Shown piece by piece: positions 41,453 through 52,305 of a stretch of 64,000 nt of DNA. The DNA is from an uncultured Desulfobacter sp. (GTDB lineage: Bacteria > Desulfobacterota > Desulfobacteria > Desulfobacterales > Desulfobacteraceae), in assembly GCA_963665095.1 (NCBI GenBank), contig OY762069.1, positions 1,984,001-2,048,000 on the forward strand, given 5' to 3'. The notes below the pieces were generated by a model, which saw only the letters and a list, made by a program, of their open reading frames with translations, searched no databases and had not been told where the DNA came from. The position numbers and the translations under genes are program-made. Every line of letters begins with the position of its first letter. The first letter of the stretch is position 1.

Positions 41453-41461
41453 ATATCCCAC

Positions 41462-42463
41462 TTATTTCATCCCATTTGTACTTTCCTTAAAGTATTTCAT
41501 CAATTCGGAATCTGTAGACAAAATAACCGTTGAATCTTTCTCCAGGGTCTTTTTATACAATTCCATGGTTTTTAAAAACGCATAAAATTCTGGATCCTGG
41601 CCATAGGCGTCTGCATAAATATGGGCAGCCTCAGCATCTGCCTTACCTTTGATTTCCTGAGCCTGTTTATATGCCTTTGACTTGATCACTTGCAGTTCCC
41701 GCTCTTTTTCACCTCTAATGTTGCTGGCCTCGCCTTCACCTTCGGCCCTGAACTTTTCAGCAATCTGGTTTCTTTCAGCAATCATCCGGTCATAGACAGA
41801 CCGGCGGACACTGTCTATATAGTTAATCCGTTTGATTTTGACATCCACTACCTCGATACCGAATTCAGCCAGTTTTTCCCGGGCCTGTTTTTCTATCTGA
41901 CGGGCAATCTCGGCACGGCCTAAATCTACATGGTAGCGAACCGGCCGTTTCGGAGCCTCGGTACTTTCATCCTCGCCCTTTGTCTCTTTGCTCTGAAAAA
42001 CCTCAAAGGTATCCATGGGACGGTCAGTATTTCTGACACTTTCAACAAGCGGATAGGAAGAAATCAGGTCCCGCATGGCAGGATCAATAATGTCATCCAG
42101 TCGTTTAAGAGCCGAAAACTCATCCTTTACTGTCTGAAAATAAACAATGGGATTGCTGATCCGCCACCTTGCAAAGGTATCCACCCATATATAGGTTTTA
42201 TCTTTAGTCGGGATCTGACCAGGGTCACCATCCCATTCCAGCAAGTTTTTAGGAAAATAGTTCACTTTCTGGATAAATGGAATTTTAAGCTTCAATCCAG
42301 GTGTTTTTTTGGCCTCTCCTACAATGCGTCCAAACTGGGTGATGACCACCTGTTCTGTTTCATCCACCACATAGATGGAATTATACAGGGCCAGCACAGC
42401 AACAGCAACAACTGCCAGAAAAACAATACTTACCCGACCGGTCCGATTCGTTGAATTTTCCAT
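41462..42463 (-). CDS. hflC: FtsH protease modulator HflC
   Basis: SPFH domain; VYDRMIAERN.IAE.FRAEG, AYGQDPEFYAF. Confidence 0.95.
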   Translation of the reverse strand: MENSTNRTGRVSIVFLAVVAVAVLALYNSIYVVDETEQVVITQFGRIVGEAKKTPGLKLKIPFIQKVNYFPKNLLEWDGDPGQIPTKDKTYIWVDTFARWRISNPIVYFQTVKDEFSALKRLDDIIDPAMRDLISSYPLVESVRNTDRPMDTFEVFQSKETKGEDESTEAPKRPVRYHVDLGRAEIARQIEKQAREKLAEFGIEVVDVKIKRINYIDSVRRSVYDRMIAERNQIAEKFRAEGEGEASNIRGEKERELQVIKSKAYKQAQEIKGKADAEAAHIYADAYGQDPEFYAFLKTMELYKKTLEKDSTVILSTDSELMKYFKESTNGMK

Positions 42464-42465
42464 AA

Positions 42466-43539
42466 TTACTCACCCTTCTGAAGCAGCCGGTCTGACGTGT
42501 TATTCCCCATATTTACAAACGGCAGCAGGTTTTTCTGGTCAGAATCAATTATATATTTATTTTCCAGCTTGGGCAGCACCTCAAGCATGGCTTCCAGGTA
42601 CATCCTTTTACGGGTTACGTCCTTTGCCTGGGCATATTCATCATAAATAGCCTTAAACTTGGCAGCGTCACCCTGGGCGCGATTAACCCGGTCAATGGCA
42701 TACCCTTCAGTATCCTTAATCAGGCGCCGCGCCTCACCACGCGCAAGAGGCACGGCCTTATTATACTCTTCCCGAGCCTTGTATATTGTCTGTTCCTTTT
42801 CCTGAATGGCCTGGTTGACCTCGTTGAACGAGGCCTGAACAGGCTCTGGCACATTGGTCTTCTTCATCTCAATGTTGACTATACTGATGCCGGCCTCGGC
42901 ATTATCCATTTCCTTTTGAAGCATCTGTTTGGCTGCACTGGCAATTTCGGCACGACTGGAAATGACTTCGTTAATACTTCTGTCTCCGATGACAATTCTC
43001 ATAGTGGCTTCGGACATATGTCTTAGAAGAGATCGGACATCCTTAACATTAAACAGATAGGCCCTTGGATCCGACCTTCGGTACTGGACAATCCAGGGAA
43101 CCACTGCCACATTCAGATCGCCGGTCAGCATCAGAGAGGCCTCCTGCCGGGAAGATTCCGATGAGGTGCGATAAGTGCCGGTCTCACTGTAAGTTCTGAA
43201 CCCAAACTCTTCGGTTTCCACCTGCTTGACATTCACCTTTGTCACTTTCTCAATGCCAGCGGGCAGCTTAAAATTTAATCCCGGCTCAGCCAGACGGTTA
43301 TATTCGCCAAAACGCTGAATGACGCCGACTTCACTCCTGCCAATTGTGAACACAGTGGATGAACCAAAGACAGCAATAATCAAAAGAATCCCCACAGCAA
43401 AAATACCGGGGAATTTAAAGTTTTTAAACTTATTAACAAGATCATCCATCTGAGGTGGCGTGGGCATAGCCGGCCCCCCACCCTGTTTTTGTTCATATTT
43501 TTTTTGATTTTCCCTGAGCTTTTCCCAATCCCAATTCAT
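42466..43539 (-). CDS. hflK: FtsH protease modulator HflK
   Basis: MLTGDLN, PEPVQASFNEV, VT.KRMYLEAM. Confidence 0.95.
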   Translation of the reverse strand: MNWDWEKLRENQKKYEQKQGGGPAMPTPPQMDDLVNKFKNFKFPGIFAVGILLIIAVFGSSTVFTIGRSEVGVIQRFGEYNRLAEPGLNFKLPAGIEKVTKVNVKQVETEEFGFRTYSETGTYRTSSESSRQEASLMLTGDLNVAVVPWIVQYRRSDPRAYLFNVKDVRSLLRHMSEATMRIVIGDRSINEVISSRAEIASAAKQMLQKEMDNAEAGISIVNIEMKKTNVPEPVQASFNEVNQAIQEKEQTIYKAREEYNKAVPLARGEARRLIKDTEGYAIDRVNRAQGDAAKFKAIYDEYAQAKDVTRKRMYLEAMLEVLPKLENKYIIDSDQKNLLPFVNMGNNTSDRLLQKGE

Positions 43540-43797
43540 AAATAATATCCTGTAATGAATGACCTGATTAGCAATTCATTGCTGTTCAAAGGTCTGCTTG
43601 AAACGTCCTGAAGGCAAAATATTATCTTTTGTAAAGGAATCAAGGTGAAAAGGCAATATTTATTTAGGACTGACATGCACCCCCATGGTGTTGATACCGC
43701 TACCCGGACAGGCTGGTATTCTCCGAAGGATTTCTTAAATGATATTTCTGTGGTATGAATATTAGTCATTTTAACAAAAATATCAGGATCTGGCATA

Positions 43798-44118
43798 ATG
43801 GAAAAAAAAACAGACTCAGGACATCTGACCCATATCAGTGATATTTTGGGGCTTGCCCTAAAGAAATACAGGCCAGCCCAGGATACCCTGATCACGCAAA
43901 TCTGGGATATTTGGGATAGTGCCGTAGGTACCCCCATTGCCCTGAATGCCAAACCAGATACATTTAAAAACGGGCTGTTGTGTGTAAATGTCTCAAGTTC
44001 TGTATGGATTCACCAGCTCAAATTCCTTGAAAAAAATATGATTCACAACTTGAACGCCGGCCTTGAAACCCAGATGATTACCCATATACGGTTTAAAATT
44101 GGAAAAATACACGGTTGA
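43798..44118 (+). CDS. dciA: DUF721 / DciA family protein
   Basis: W..AVG..IA..AKP..F.NG.L.V.VSSSVW..QL pattern. Confidence 0.82.
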   Translation: MEKKTDSGHLTHISDILGLALKKYRPAQDTLITQIWDIWDSAVGTPIALNAKPDTFKNGLLCVNVSSSVWIHQLKFLEKNMIHNLNAGLETQMITHIRFKIGKIHG

Positions 44119-44824
44119 TCAGCTTTTTGAAGGTAGATTATCCCTGCGCCAACCCCAAAACGGTTACCGGTACAGCATGGACCCCTTTGTGCTGTGCAGT
44201 CATGTCCCCGTGCCCCGTGCCGGGAACCGCATCCTTGATATAGGATGTGGATGTGGCGTCATGCCGGCAGTTCTGGGCTTTTGCTATCCTGAGACGTTTA
44301 TCACCGGCATCGAAATTCAAAAAAGTTTAGCTAAGCTTGCACAAAAAAACATAATAACCAACCGGCTTGAAAACTGTGTGACAATTATTAACTCTGATAT
44401 AAAGATTTTAGATTCCAGATCAGCAGGCGGACTTTTTGATTTTGTGATCTCAAATCCCCCTTATAAAAAAAATAATACAGGCCGACTGAATCCCGATCAC
44501 AGCAAAGCGATTGCCCGCCATGAAATCTTACTGGACATCAATACCCTTGCCTGTAAATCTGCAGAGCTTCTCAAACATGAAGGCCGACTGATAATCATTT
44601 TTCCATTTGAACGCCTTTCAGACTTAGAGCATGCGGTTTTATCATATAACATTTTCCCAGAGTGGATACGGTTTGTTCATACGTCAAAGAAAGAAAATCC
44701 CAAACGGATTATTTTTTGCGGACAAAAAAACAGATCCGGATCTTGCCGTTTTCTTCAGCCCATTTTTTTAAATACAGGGGACGCTTATCCCTTGCATATA
44801 AAACCAGCCTGCATTAATCCTTGA
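44099..44824 (+). CDS. tRNA1(Val) adenine-N6 methyltransferase family (TrmN6/YfiC-like)
   Basis: GYRYSMD, LDIGCGCG, SNPPY, IARHE. Confidence 0.85.
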   Translation: MEKYTVDQLFEGRLSLRQPQNGYRYSMDPFVLCSHVPVPRAGNRILDIGCGCGVMPAVLGFCYPETFITGIEIQKSLAKLAQKNIITNRLENCVTIINSDIKILDSRSAGGLFDFVISNPPYKKNNTGRLNPDHSKAIARHEILLDINTLACKSAELLKHEGRLIIIFPFERLSDLEHAVLSYNIFPEWIRFVHTSKKENPKRIIFCGQKNRSGSCRFLQPIFLNTGDAYPLHIKPACINP

Positions 44825-44849
44825 CACTTCCGGAAAAAGATACTATTTT
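44821..44849 (+). promoter_or_regulatory. Putative sigma70 promoter of tRNA-Ser
   Basis: TTGACA-17 nt-TATTTT, 14 nt before the tRNA. Confidence 0.55.
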
Positions 44850-44863
44850 GCCTGCGTCTGTTA

Positions 44864-44955
<92 letters not shown>

Positions 44956-44969
44956 CTGATAAAAATCTC

Positions 44970-45003
44970 AGGGTTTGGAATATTTTAAATCCAAGCCCTT
45001 TTC
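44970..45003 (+). terminator. Terminator after tRNA-Ser
   Basis: AGGGTTTGGA / TCCAAGCCCT stem followed by T's. Confidence 0.55.
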
Positions 45004-45094
45004 TTCCACAGTCTTTCCGCAATTGGTATTTCAAATTAAAACCACCGAACCGCTAATTAGCAACCCTTCGCCCTGTTAGAAGGATATTGGCATT

Positions 45095-46468
45095 TCAGGT
45101 TAGATTCCCTTTTTTTAACGTTTTCATATACTTAAAAAAAGCTGCGCCCACCGTAGGACAAAAATGGGATCCAATTCCTTCCTGAATAATGTTCAAGGCT
45201 TTTTCAATGGGCATGCCATCGCGATAGGGCCGGTCACTTGTCAAGGCATCAAATACATCTGCAATGGCAATAATTCGTCCGACCAGGGGAATCTCCTCAC
45301 CTTTAAGGCCGTTGGGGTATCCGGTACCATCCCAGCGCTCGTGATGAGAGGATGCGGCAACCAGCACATCTTCCATATCGTGCAGCGGTTTAAGAATATC
45401 CTGAACAACAACCGTATGGGTCTGAATATGCTCAAATTCATCTTTGGTCAGTTTACCCGGTTTAAGCAGGACATTGTCCCGCACGCCGATCTTCCCTAAG
45501 TCATGAAGGCTGGCCGCTATCTGCAGACGATTCTTTTCCGTATCTGTAAATCCAAGTTCCTTGCCAATGGCAATGGACAGACGTGTTACAGCCTCAGAAT
45601 GCCCGCTGGTATATTTATCCCGGGCCTCCAGAGCATTAATCAGGCTGGTGATGGAACCTAAGGTTAATTTCTGCTCAAGAACCAGACGCTCTCTTTCCTC
45701 CAACATGCGCTGAAAATGATCGGACAACAGCTTTTCCATGGTTACAACAAGCATATCCACATTGAACGGTTTCACAATAAAAGCGGTCACCCCATCCCGG
45801 ATCAGGCGCCGCATCATGGGCTTGTCCCCCAGAGAACTCATAACCACGATGGGCAGAAATTTATACTTGTCAATGTTGAACAGTTTCCGGCACAACTCAT
45901 TTCCGTCCACCCGCGGCATATTCATGTCGGTAAGCAGGATATCCGGAGCAACCTCGTCAATTATATCAAGGGCATGCTGGCCGTCATCTGCCAGTGCCAC
46001 TTTGAAACCGGCATCTTCCAAACCCTGTTTGGTCACCATCTGAATGGTCTTACTGTCTTCCACCACAAGAATGGTCTTGTCCTTGACAAAAGTGCATTTG
46101 TTCATCACGCTTTCGATACGTGGGATGAGTTCTTTGTTGGCCAGTCGTTTTGGCACGTATGCGTCCGCGCCTACCCGGAAACCGTTTTCTATATCAACAT
46201 CGGTATCCAGAGAACTTAAAACAATTACCGGAGTATGCGCTGTTTCGGGATTTGATTTAATCCATTGGCAAAACTCCAAACCTGAGATGTTAGGCATATC
46301 AACATCCGTAATCACCAGGTCAAACTGCTCGTTCTTCATGGCTTCCTGCCCCTGCAGGGCGTCAGACGCCGTTACGGTGCTAATCCCGGCAGGACTCAGC
46401 AACGCTTTTACGGCAAAAAGAGCAGACCTGGAGTCATCGACAATCAGCACTTTCGCTTTCTTCATCAT
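45095..46468 (-). CDS. Response regulator with two receiver domains and an HD-GYP c-di-GMP phosphodiesterase domain
   Basis: REC1 (VDDS...ITDVDMP), REC2 (VEDS...LTDMNMP), HDLGK, HHERWDGTGYP, ADVFDALTSDRPY. Confidence 0.93.
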   Translation of the reverse strand: MMKKAKVLIVDDSRSALFAVKALLSPAGISTVTASDALQGQEAMKNEQFDLVITDVDMPNISGLEFCQWIKSNPETAHTPVIVLSSLDTDVDIENGFRVGADAYVPKRLANKELIPRIESVMNKCTFVKDKTILVVEDSKTIQMVTKQGLEDAGFKVALADDGQHALDIIDEVAPDILLTDMNMPRVDGNELCRKLFNIDKYKFLPIVVMSSLGDKPMMRRLIRDGVTAFIVKPFNVDMLVVTMEKLLSDHFQRMLEERERLVLEQKLTLGSITSLINALEARDKYTSGHSEAVTRLSIAIGKELGFTDTEKNRLQIAASLHDLGKIGVRDNVLLKPGKLTKDEFEHIQTHTVVVQDILKPLHDMEDVLVAASSHHERWDGTGYPNGLKGEEIPLVGRIIAIADVFDALTSDRPYRDGMPIEKALNIIQEGIGSHFCPTVGAAFFKYMKTLKKGNLT

Positions 46469-47105
46469 GCAGCCTCAATTGAAAAGTTTTCATTTATAAG
46501 ACAGCTTGATGTTCCTGTAGTGGCAATCCTTTACAGGAACATGACTGATTAACCACCTGTTAATAATGAGTTAAGGCTCATACCCTAACAATCAACAGCG
46601 TTTTAATCCAGAAACCATCGCGGTTCTAATCTCAGCAGTAACTGACGAAAAACAGATTTTATCCATTTGAAACATCTCTAAGGCAGTATCGCAAATGATT
46701 TTTGGAAACCACCTAATAAATCTATAAAGCAGTTATAGTTATATATTATCATAAATCTTTGAGAAATGTAAAAATTAAATGATATTTTTCAATGTACCCC
46801 AATAAAACTTCAATATAACCGGTTTGCAGAGTCTAAAAAGCAATGGGATTTTTCCCTGCAAGATGTGTGAAAATAAGGCACATTCTAAGTCATGCGACAT
46901 CCTTGGAGAATTATAGAATTCCCACAGTCATTCGCCGAAAAAAACCCATGAATAAGGCAGTTGACGACACCAGCCCCGGCAATATTTCGTCACCAGCAAC
47001 ATTACGATAAAAGCAGGCCGGCACCATCAATATTTGATGCGACGACTGATGTCAGATGACCTGCGCAAGCTTTCCTTATATTGCAGCGCTGGTATCCACA
47101 CTGAC

Positions 47106-49436
47106 TCATGCTTCCTTGAATTTACTGGCCAGGTCATTGTCGATAACGTAAATGCAAATCTCGTTGGCACCCTGCCCTGTATAACCGAATTTTTCCGTCA
47201 GGTTATCCATTAAAAATTTTACATCCCGCTTAATCCTTTTGTCATGTGCCTTAAAGTCATCCGTGTCAAAATCCTTAATGGCCCGTCTGAAATTCTCATT
47301 GGCAATAAAAGGCTCCAGTACTCGTTTTTTTAGGTTATGAACATATCGCTCATAAAGGGATTGAAACAGCCGGGTCTGTGAAATATCCTTGCCGTCAATC
47401 ATAATTTCATGAGACAGGGTGTGCCCGGTGTATTCTTTCAGTACATCATGCCGCATTCCCTGCCGCCTTTTAGCATCTGCATTTTCAGACAGCAGCCGAT
47501 TTTCAATACTTTCAAGAAAGACCTCGGTGACATGAATTTCTTCTTTCGTGAAAATACAGTTCACCACAGATCCGATCTCATTGGTCACAGCAGAAATATA
47601 ATTTTTAATATCTTTGCCTATCTGCTCTTCATTGTAATAATATAAAGACTCCTTTACCTGCTGAAGGATGGAATAATCATACATACGTAATATAGAGGAC
47701 AAAAAACCCTCAGGAATCATCTTCCGGGTGGATTCTTCAAGTTTATTAAAAAACGAACATAAATCCGGCATGCTGATCAGCCTGTCTTCCTGGGCATATT
47801 GGGAATAAAATCGGTCAAAAATTTTAATGGCATCCCGGCCGGAAAGACCCTGTTTCCCAAATTCTTCCGATTCAACAATGATTTTTTTCATCATCGCCTT
47901 ATCAAGCGCTTTTATGTCTTCATCGTCCAGCCATTTTGGAAGACTGCCGCTGAAAATCTCTATATTAAGCAGAATCAAGCTCTCATCACAAAAATTGATA
48001 TATTTTTTAGGGTTTTCTATCCATTGCCCAAGGGCAGGCGATTTTCTGCCGATCCGTGTGCAGATAATAATTCTTGCAAAATTCTCCAGCACCATGGGCA
48101 GAAAACTACCCTCAATATGGCGGCCGAAGATATTCAGATAAATTTTAACTTCAGTATTCACATCCAGAACATAGGGAATTTCAATATATTGGATACGATC
48201 CTCAAAGGAAGGAAAATCTTTCAGGTTGCGCTTGTCTTCCGGGTTCATGAGCGCAAAAAACAAGGCATCCACCCGTTCCTCAACATCCTCCACTTTATGA
48301 ATTCCCTCAGAGATAATATTGTGCAGTTCCACCATCCTTTCTATATTATGGGATTTAATATCCATGAGTGCGTAAATACCATTATGGATTTTGGCATAGG
48401 AGGAGTAAATATAGTTAACGACGTTGGAGTCTTGAAACAGGGCATTGAGACGCCCCTGGAGCATCTGATTGTGAATAACGTTGCGCTTCAGAGGCCTGTC
48501 GCCGGGATTGAACACAGAGATCCCGTTGCCCAGGCGCCGGTTAAAATAGTAAGGTCTTGCATAGAGCATGTCAAACACCCTGGTGGGATTACCCAAACGC
48601 TCCAGAAGGCTCTGGTAAATAGACGAACAGACCGTGCACACCTCCTCCTTGAACACCCATTCATACTGCTTCTCCGTAAACAATTTCCATTTAAACTCAT
48701 CGTTTTTAATCAGTTCATCCAGCACGTTTCTTCGCTGGTCCTTAGGGATTACAAGAAATGGGTTGTCATGGCACAGGCAGGGTACTTCAATATACTCGGG
48801 ATCAGGCCCTTCAAAGACGGGCAGGCCTTGACCGGCATCGGGCTCATCCTTTGCCGGGTCTCCGTCAATGTACTGAATAAGTTTTTCAAAAGACGACAAC
48901 CTAATTAAAGAATTCTCTTTGCTTTTTAACGCTTTGACATCCAGCCGCCAGACGACTTCGTACCTGAGGCCTTCTTCCGTGTTGGCGTATTGCTCAAATT
49001 TCTTTAACAGGTTATTCAGAAAGGTGGATTTTCCGCATCCATGTGGTCCGTAAAACACATATATCCGATTTTGCTGAGCACCATGGCGAAGATAGTCCAT
49101 CTGTCTCATCAACCGGTTGGCAAACAGCATGTCAGGGAAATACGGGGCGTCGGAATCCTCCATAAATAGTTTGGAGGTATCGTATTTGGTCACGGCCGGG
49201 TTATCAATTTCATTTTCGATCTCAGAAACATGGCTTTTTATCATGTCGTGGAAAGACTGGAATATATTTCTCAGAATCCGGCTAGGATTGGCATTAAGCA
49301 ACTCAAGAAACTGATGGAAGGATACTGGCTTAAGCCGCTGATAATCCCGGATATTCTGGTTTAAAAACTCAAGGGCCTGACCCACAGACTCCGCTGCATT
49401 CGGATTGACAGAACTGGTATTGGTATCCATGATCAT
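47106..49436 (-). CDS. PrkA-family AAA+ protein (second, divergent paralog)
   Basis: Walker A GPHGCGKST, CxxC (CTVC), IPYVLD..TEV.IY. ATG at 49436 overlaps the spoVR stop (ATGA) with GGAGG RBS. Confidence 0.85.
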   Translation of the reverse strand: MIMDTNTSSVNPNAAESVGQALEFLNQNIRDYQRLKPVSFHQFLELLNANPSRILRNIFQSFHDMIKSHVSEIENEIDNPAVTKYDTSKLFMEDSDAPYFPDMLFANRLMRQMDYLRHGAQQNRIYVFYGPHGCGKSTFLNNLLKKFEQYANTEEGLRYEVVWRLDVKALKSKENSLIRLSSFEKLIQYIDGDPAKDEPDAGQGLPVFEGPDPEYIEVPCLCHDNPFLVIPKDQRRNVLDELIKNDEFKWKLFTEKQYEWVFKEEVCTVCSSIYQSLLERLGNPTRVFDMLYARPYYFNRRLGNGISVFNPGDRPLKRNVIHNQMLQGRLNALFQDSNVVNYIYSSYAKIHNGIYALMDIKSHNIERMVELHNIISEGIHKVEDVEERVDALFFALMNPEDKRNLKDFPSFEDRIQYIEIPYVLDVNTEVKIYLNIFGRHIEGSFLPMVLENFARIIICTRIGRKSPALGQWIENPKKYINFCDESLILLNIEIFSGSLPKWLDDEDIKALDKAMMKKIIVESEEFGKQGLSGRDAIKIFDRFYSQYAQEDRLISMPDLCSFFNKLEESTRKMIPEGFLSSILRMYDYSILQQVKESLYYYNEEQIGKDIKNYISAVTNEIGSVVNCIFTKEEIHVTEVFLESIENRLLSENADAKRRQGMRHDVLKEYTGHTLSHEIMIDGKDISQTRLFQSLYERYVHNLKKRVLEPFIANENFRRAIKDFDTDDFKAHDKRIKRDVKFLMDNLTEKFGYTGQGANEICIYVIDNDLASKFKEA

Positions 49437-51097
49437 GCCACCTCCCGCCTTTTCAGTTTCCGTTTCTCCATCACATAGCACACCCGCTTCCACTGAATTT
49501 CCACATCCTGCTTTAATTCATCTTTTACGCCTGACGCCCCTGCTGCAGGATCCCAGAAATTAATATTCGCCGCTGTGCCCTGCTCCGGGGCAACAGGCTC
49601 ACTGGTCTCAAGATGTACCGGCCCTCCCCATAAAAACTCCATGCCGATCATCGTATTTTCAATATAATCGGTTTTCAGCTGTTTGCCTTCAAATTCATGG
49701 ATCAGATAAAGCAGGCCATCCTTTGATCTTTTTTCATCCACATGAATGACTGGCGGATGGTACAGGGTATTGATTACCATCTTTTTGTAATCATCTGCTC
49801 TTTTTGATTTGATATAATACTGCCAGGTCATTCTTTCTTTATTAAACCGCTTTCCTGTGACAAACAACTTATATCTGTTTAGAAATTCCTGGTCCACAAA
49901 CCGGTTTATAAAGGTAAAATCATTCATGTTTTCCCTGACTTTGAAAATAAAGTCATGCCCGTTTTTAGGGGAGGTATCAAAGTGTTTCTTTTTTACCTCA
50001 TCTTTCAGCAGATAATAATCAAAAGAATAGCATCCCCTGTCCTGCATATCTTCAATATGCTCAAACAACCTTAACCCCAAGGCATAGGGATTGAGTCCCA
50101 CCTTTGGCAGTGATGTGACATACGCATTTATTTTGGCGAAATCCGCTTCATGCCCACGGATGCGCTCATCCTTCATAAACAGGTATTCATGCCAGTAGCT
50201 GGCCCATCCCTCATTCATGATCTTTGTGCGGATCTGAGGCTGAAAGTAAAGGGAGGTATTCCTGACAATCTGAATCACCGATTTCATCCACTGATTTTCC
50301 TGGGCGCGCAGAAATGGTGAATACTTGATGATATATTCCATAATGTCCAGAATGGGCTTCTCACGCTCTTTGCGCGCCCTTTTATACATTTGTTCAAATT
50401 CAGGATACTGGGAGATAACATCTTCAAAAAACTTTGTATTTTCCTTATTGCACCGGTTAAATCTGGCAATTTCTTTTAAGTAGCTGTTATGAGAGACCTT
50501 TTTAATTTTCTGCAAAAAAATATCAAAATAATAATCCTGGAGGGTCAACTTTGTTGCAGGGGTGGTCAAAGCACGGATATTAGCGTCCAGTTCCCTGTAA
50601 AACCCAACCAGGTTATCCATTCCCCTTGAAAACTCAATAACGTAGTCAACCCATCGCCGGCCTTTTTCACTTCGCAGCTGGGCAATCAGACGCTTATCAG
50701 CCAAAGCCTGACCCGTCAAATCAATATCCCAGGTATTGGCAAAAAAAAGATTATTTTGAAAAAAATCAATATGCCCCAGCACATGATAAAAAATCATTAC
50801 GTTAAGCCAGTCCGGATTGTTGTCATTATAGTAAGATATGGCCGGCCGGGTATTGATTACGGTTTCATAGGGATTGGAGGGGTAGGCCTCGTACATGCCT
50901 TTTCCGGAAAGCACCCGGACATCATGAACCCAGTAGTCGTACAGCGTAGGGATCATCACCTTGGGACTGAGTTCAATCATATCCCGGTTGGTCACAATAT
51001 ATTCAAGGGTTTCATCATCAAAAGTCAAACCTTCATCTCGGGCCCTGACTTTGCACTCTTCCATAATTTTTTTAACGTGCTGACTGACAAGTTCCAT
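49433..51097 (-). CDS. SpoVR / YcgB family protein
   Basis: YETVIN..P, HVLGHIDFFQNN, YFQPQIRTKIMNEGWASYWH, LNPY.LG. Confidence 0.93.
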   Translation of the reverse strand: MELVSQHVKKIMEECKVRARDEGLTFDDETLEYIVTNRDMIELSPKVMIPTLYDYWVHDVRVLSGKGMYEAYPSNPYETVINTRPAISYYNDNNPDWLNVMIFYHVLGHIDFFQNNLFFANTWDIDLTGQALADKRLIAQLRSEKGRRWVDYVIEFSRGMDNLVGFYRELDANIRALTTPATKLTLQDYYFDIFLQKIKKVSHNSYLKEIARFNRCNKENTKFFEDVISQYPEFEQMYKRARKEREKPILDIMEYIIKYSPFLRAQENQWMKSVIQIVRNTSLYFQPQIRTKIMNEGWASYWHEYLFMKDERIRGHEADFAKINAYVTSLPKVGLNPYALGLRLFEHIEDMQDRGCYSFDYYLLKDEVKKKHFDTSPKNGHDFIFKVRENMNDFTFINRFVDQEFLNRYKLFVTGKRFNKERMTWQYYIKSKRADDYKKMVINTLYHPPVIHVDEKRSKDGLLYLIHEFEGKQLKTDYIENTMIGMEFLWGGPVHLETSEPVAPEQGTAANINFWDPAAGASGVKDELKQDVEIQWKRVCYVMEKRKLKRREVA

Positions 51098-51126
51098 GCA
51101 GACCCTGCCTTTCTTTTATTTACGCA

Positions 51127-52305
51127 TTAGGAGATCAGATTTTTGATTCCCTGAATGATTCTTGAATCATCCACGTTTTCATTCATAACATCCAGCTTGA
51201 TATAGTCCTTATGCTTGTCAAGAATGCCGGACTTTCTTAAATATTTTTCAACTTCGGTCTGACCGGACCCGACATAGGAATGCTCAACAATGGTGATGCC
51301 GATGCGGGCCGCATAGCGTATCATTTTTTCGATCTGCTCAAGGGTTTTGTTACCGTCCCTGTCCCAGTCATCTCCATCCGTGCCATGAAAGACATAGATA
51401 TTGTAATCTCTGTCCAGACTCTCCTGCTCCACTATTTTATTCACCAGTTCAAACGCGGAAAAGACCTTGGTGCCGCCGGCCACCTTATAAGAATGATACT
51501 TATAAAAATCCGTTACTTCCCTGGCCTCAGTATCATGGAGGATAAACCGGGTTTCCACCTGGCGGTCATATTGATACATCAGCCAGGAATAGAGCATCAC
51601 ATGCTGGGACACGACGGTTTCAGTAACCTTGCCGCCCATGGACCCGGAATAGTCACGCAGGAAAAATACCAGGGCCTGGGATTCATACTCCTTTTCCCGG
51701 GATAAGATCCTGTAAACAAGGTCCCGGGGAGAGATGATGAACCGCCCCGGATCTATGTCAGAGACATCCGGGATCATACCCAAGGCAATGTTGGTTTGTA
51801 CAATCTGTTTCAATGTGGCCTTTTTGTCCAGAATCTGGCCCATACCCCGATGCTTGTCGGTCAGGTCGTAAATATACCGGGAAAGTGCCCGTTTTTTGCC
51901 TTTGTTCTGGAGATTGGGAAGCTGGAAATCCTGGGAAAGGACCTTGCCCAGTTCGTAGGCACTGGATTCAAACTCATGCTCTCCGCCCTGCCCTTCACCA
52001 GGCCCCTCACCGGATCCTTCTCCTTCCCCCTCTCCGTCTCCCTCCTCGGGGCGTACGGGCTGCTCTCCAATGATATCACCTTCCTCGCCGTCACCCGTGC
52101 CACTGGAAGGCTCGCCTTCACCGGTTTCCTGGTTAAACTTAGGTTCATCATGGACAAATTTTTCTTCCACCGTGGTGGGAACCACGATAATTTTATCCTT
52201 CTCCCCGGACCCGGGCTTAACAATCCGGCCAATGCGGATCTTGCGCTTAAACCCGTCCTCTTCCCGCTGCTTGTCCCGTTCCAAAAGTTCATCAAGGGTT
52301 ATCAT
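51127..52305 (-). CDS. YeaH/YhbH (DUF444) family protein with a VWA-like C-terminus
   Basis: Gly/Glu-rich linker, LPNLQ.K, RDYSGSM, F.LHDTEA, GGT, YVFHGTDGDDW. Confidence 0.9.
   Translation of the reverse strand: MITLDELLERDKQREEDGFKRKIRIGRIVKPGSGEKDKIIVVPTTVEEKFVHDEPKFNQETGEGEPSSGTGDGEEGDIIGEQPVRPEEGDGEGEGEGSGEGPGEGQGGEHEFESSAYELGKVLSQDFQLPNLQNKGKKRALSRYIYDLTDKHRGMGQILDKKATLKQIVQTNIALGMIPDVSDIDPGRFIISPRDLVYRILSREKEYESQALVFFLRDYSGSMGGKVTETVVSQHVMLYSWLMYQYDRQVETRFILHDTEAREVTDFYKYHSYKVAGGTKVFSAFELVNKIVEQESLDRDYNIYVFHGTDGDDWDRDGNKTLEQIEKMIRYAARIGITIVEHSYVGSGQTEVEKYLRKSGILDKHKDYIKLDVMNENVDDSRIIQGIKNLIS

Noticed and set aside
43536..43952. 138-aa minus-strand ORF ahead of hflK
   Set aside because: Overlaps the recognisable DUF721/dciA gene on the other strand and has no motif.
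46469..46800. c-di-GMP riboswitch upstream of the HD-GYP gene
   Set aside because: The class I core (GGCAAAC...GAAA...GACGCAAAG) was not found by eye.
47799..48908. 369-aa antisense ORF inside the second prkA
   Set aside because: Shadow frame with no motifs; the minus-strand gene is well supported.
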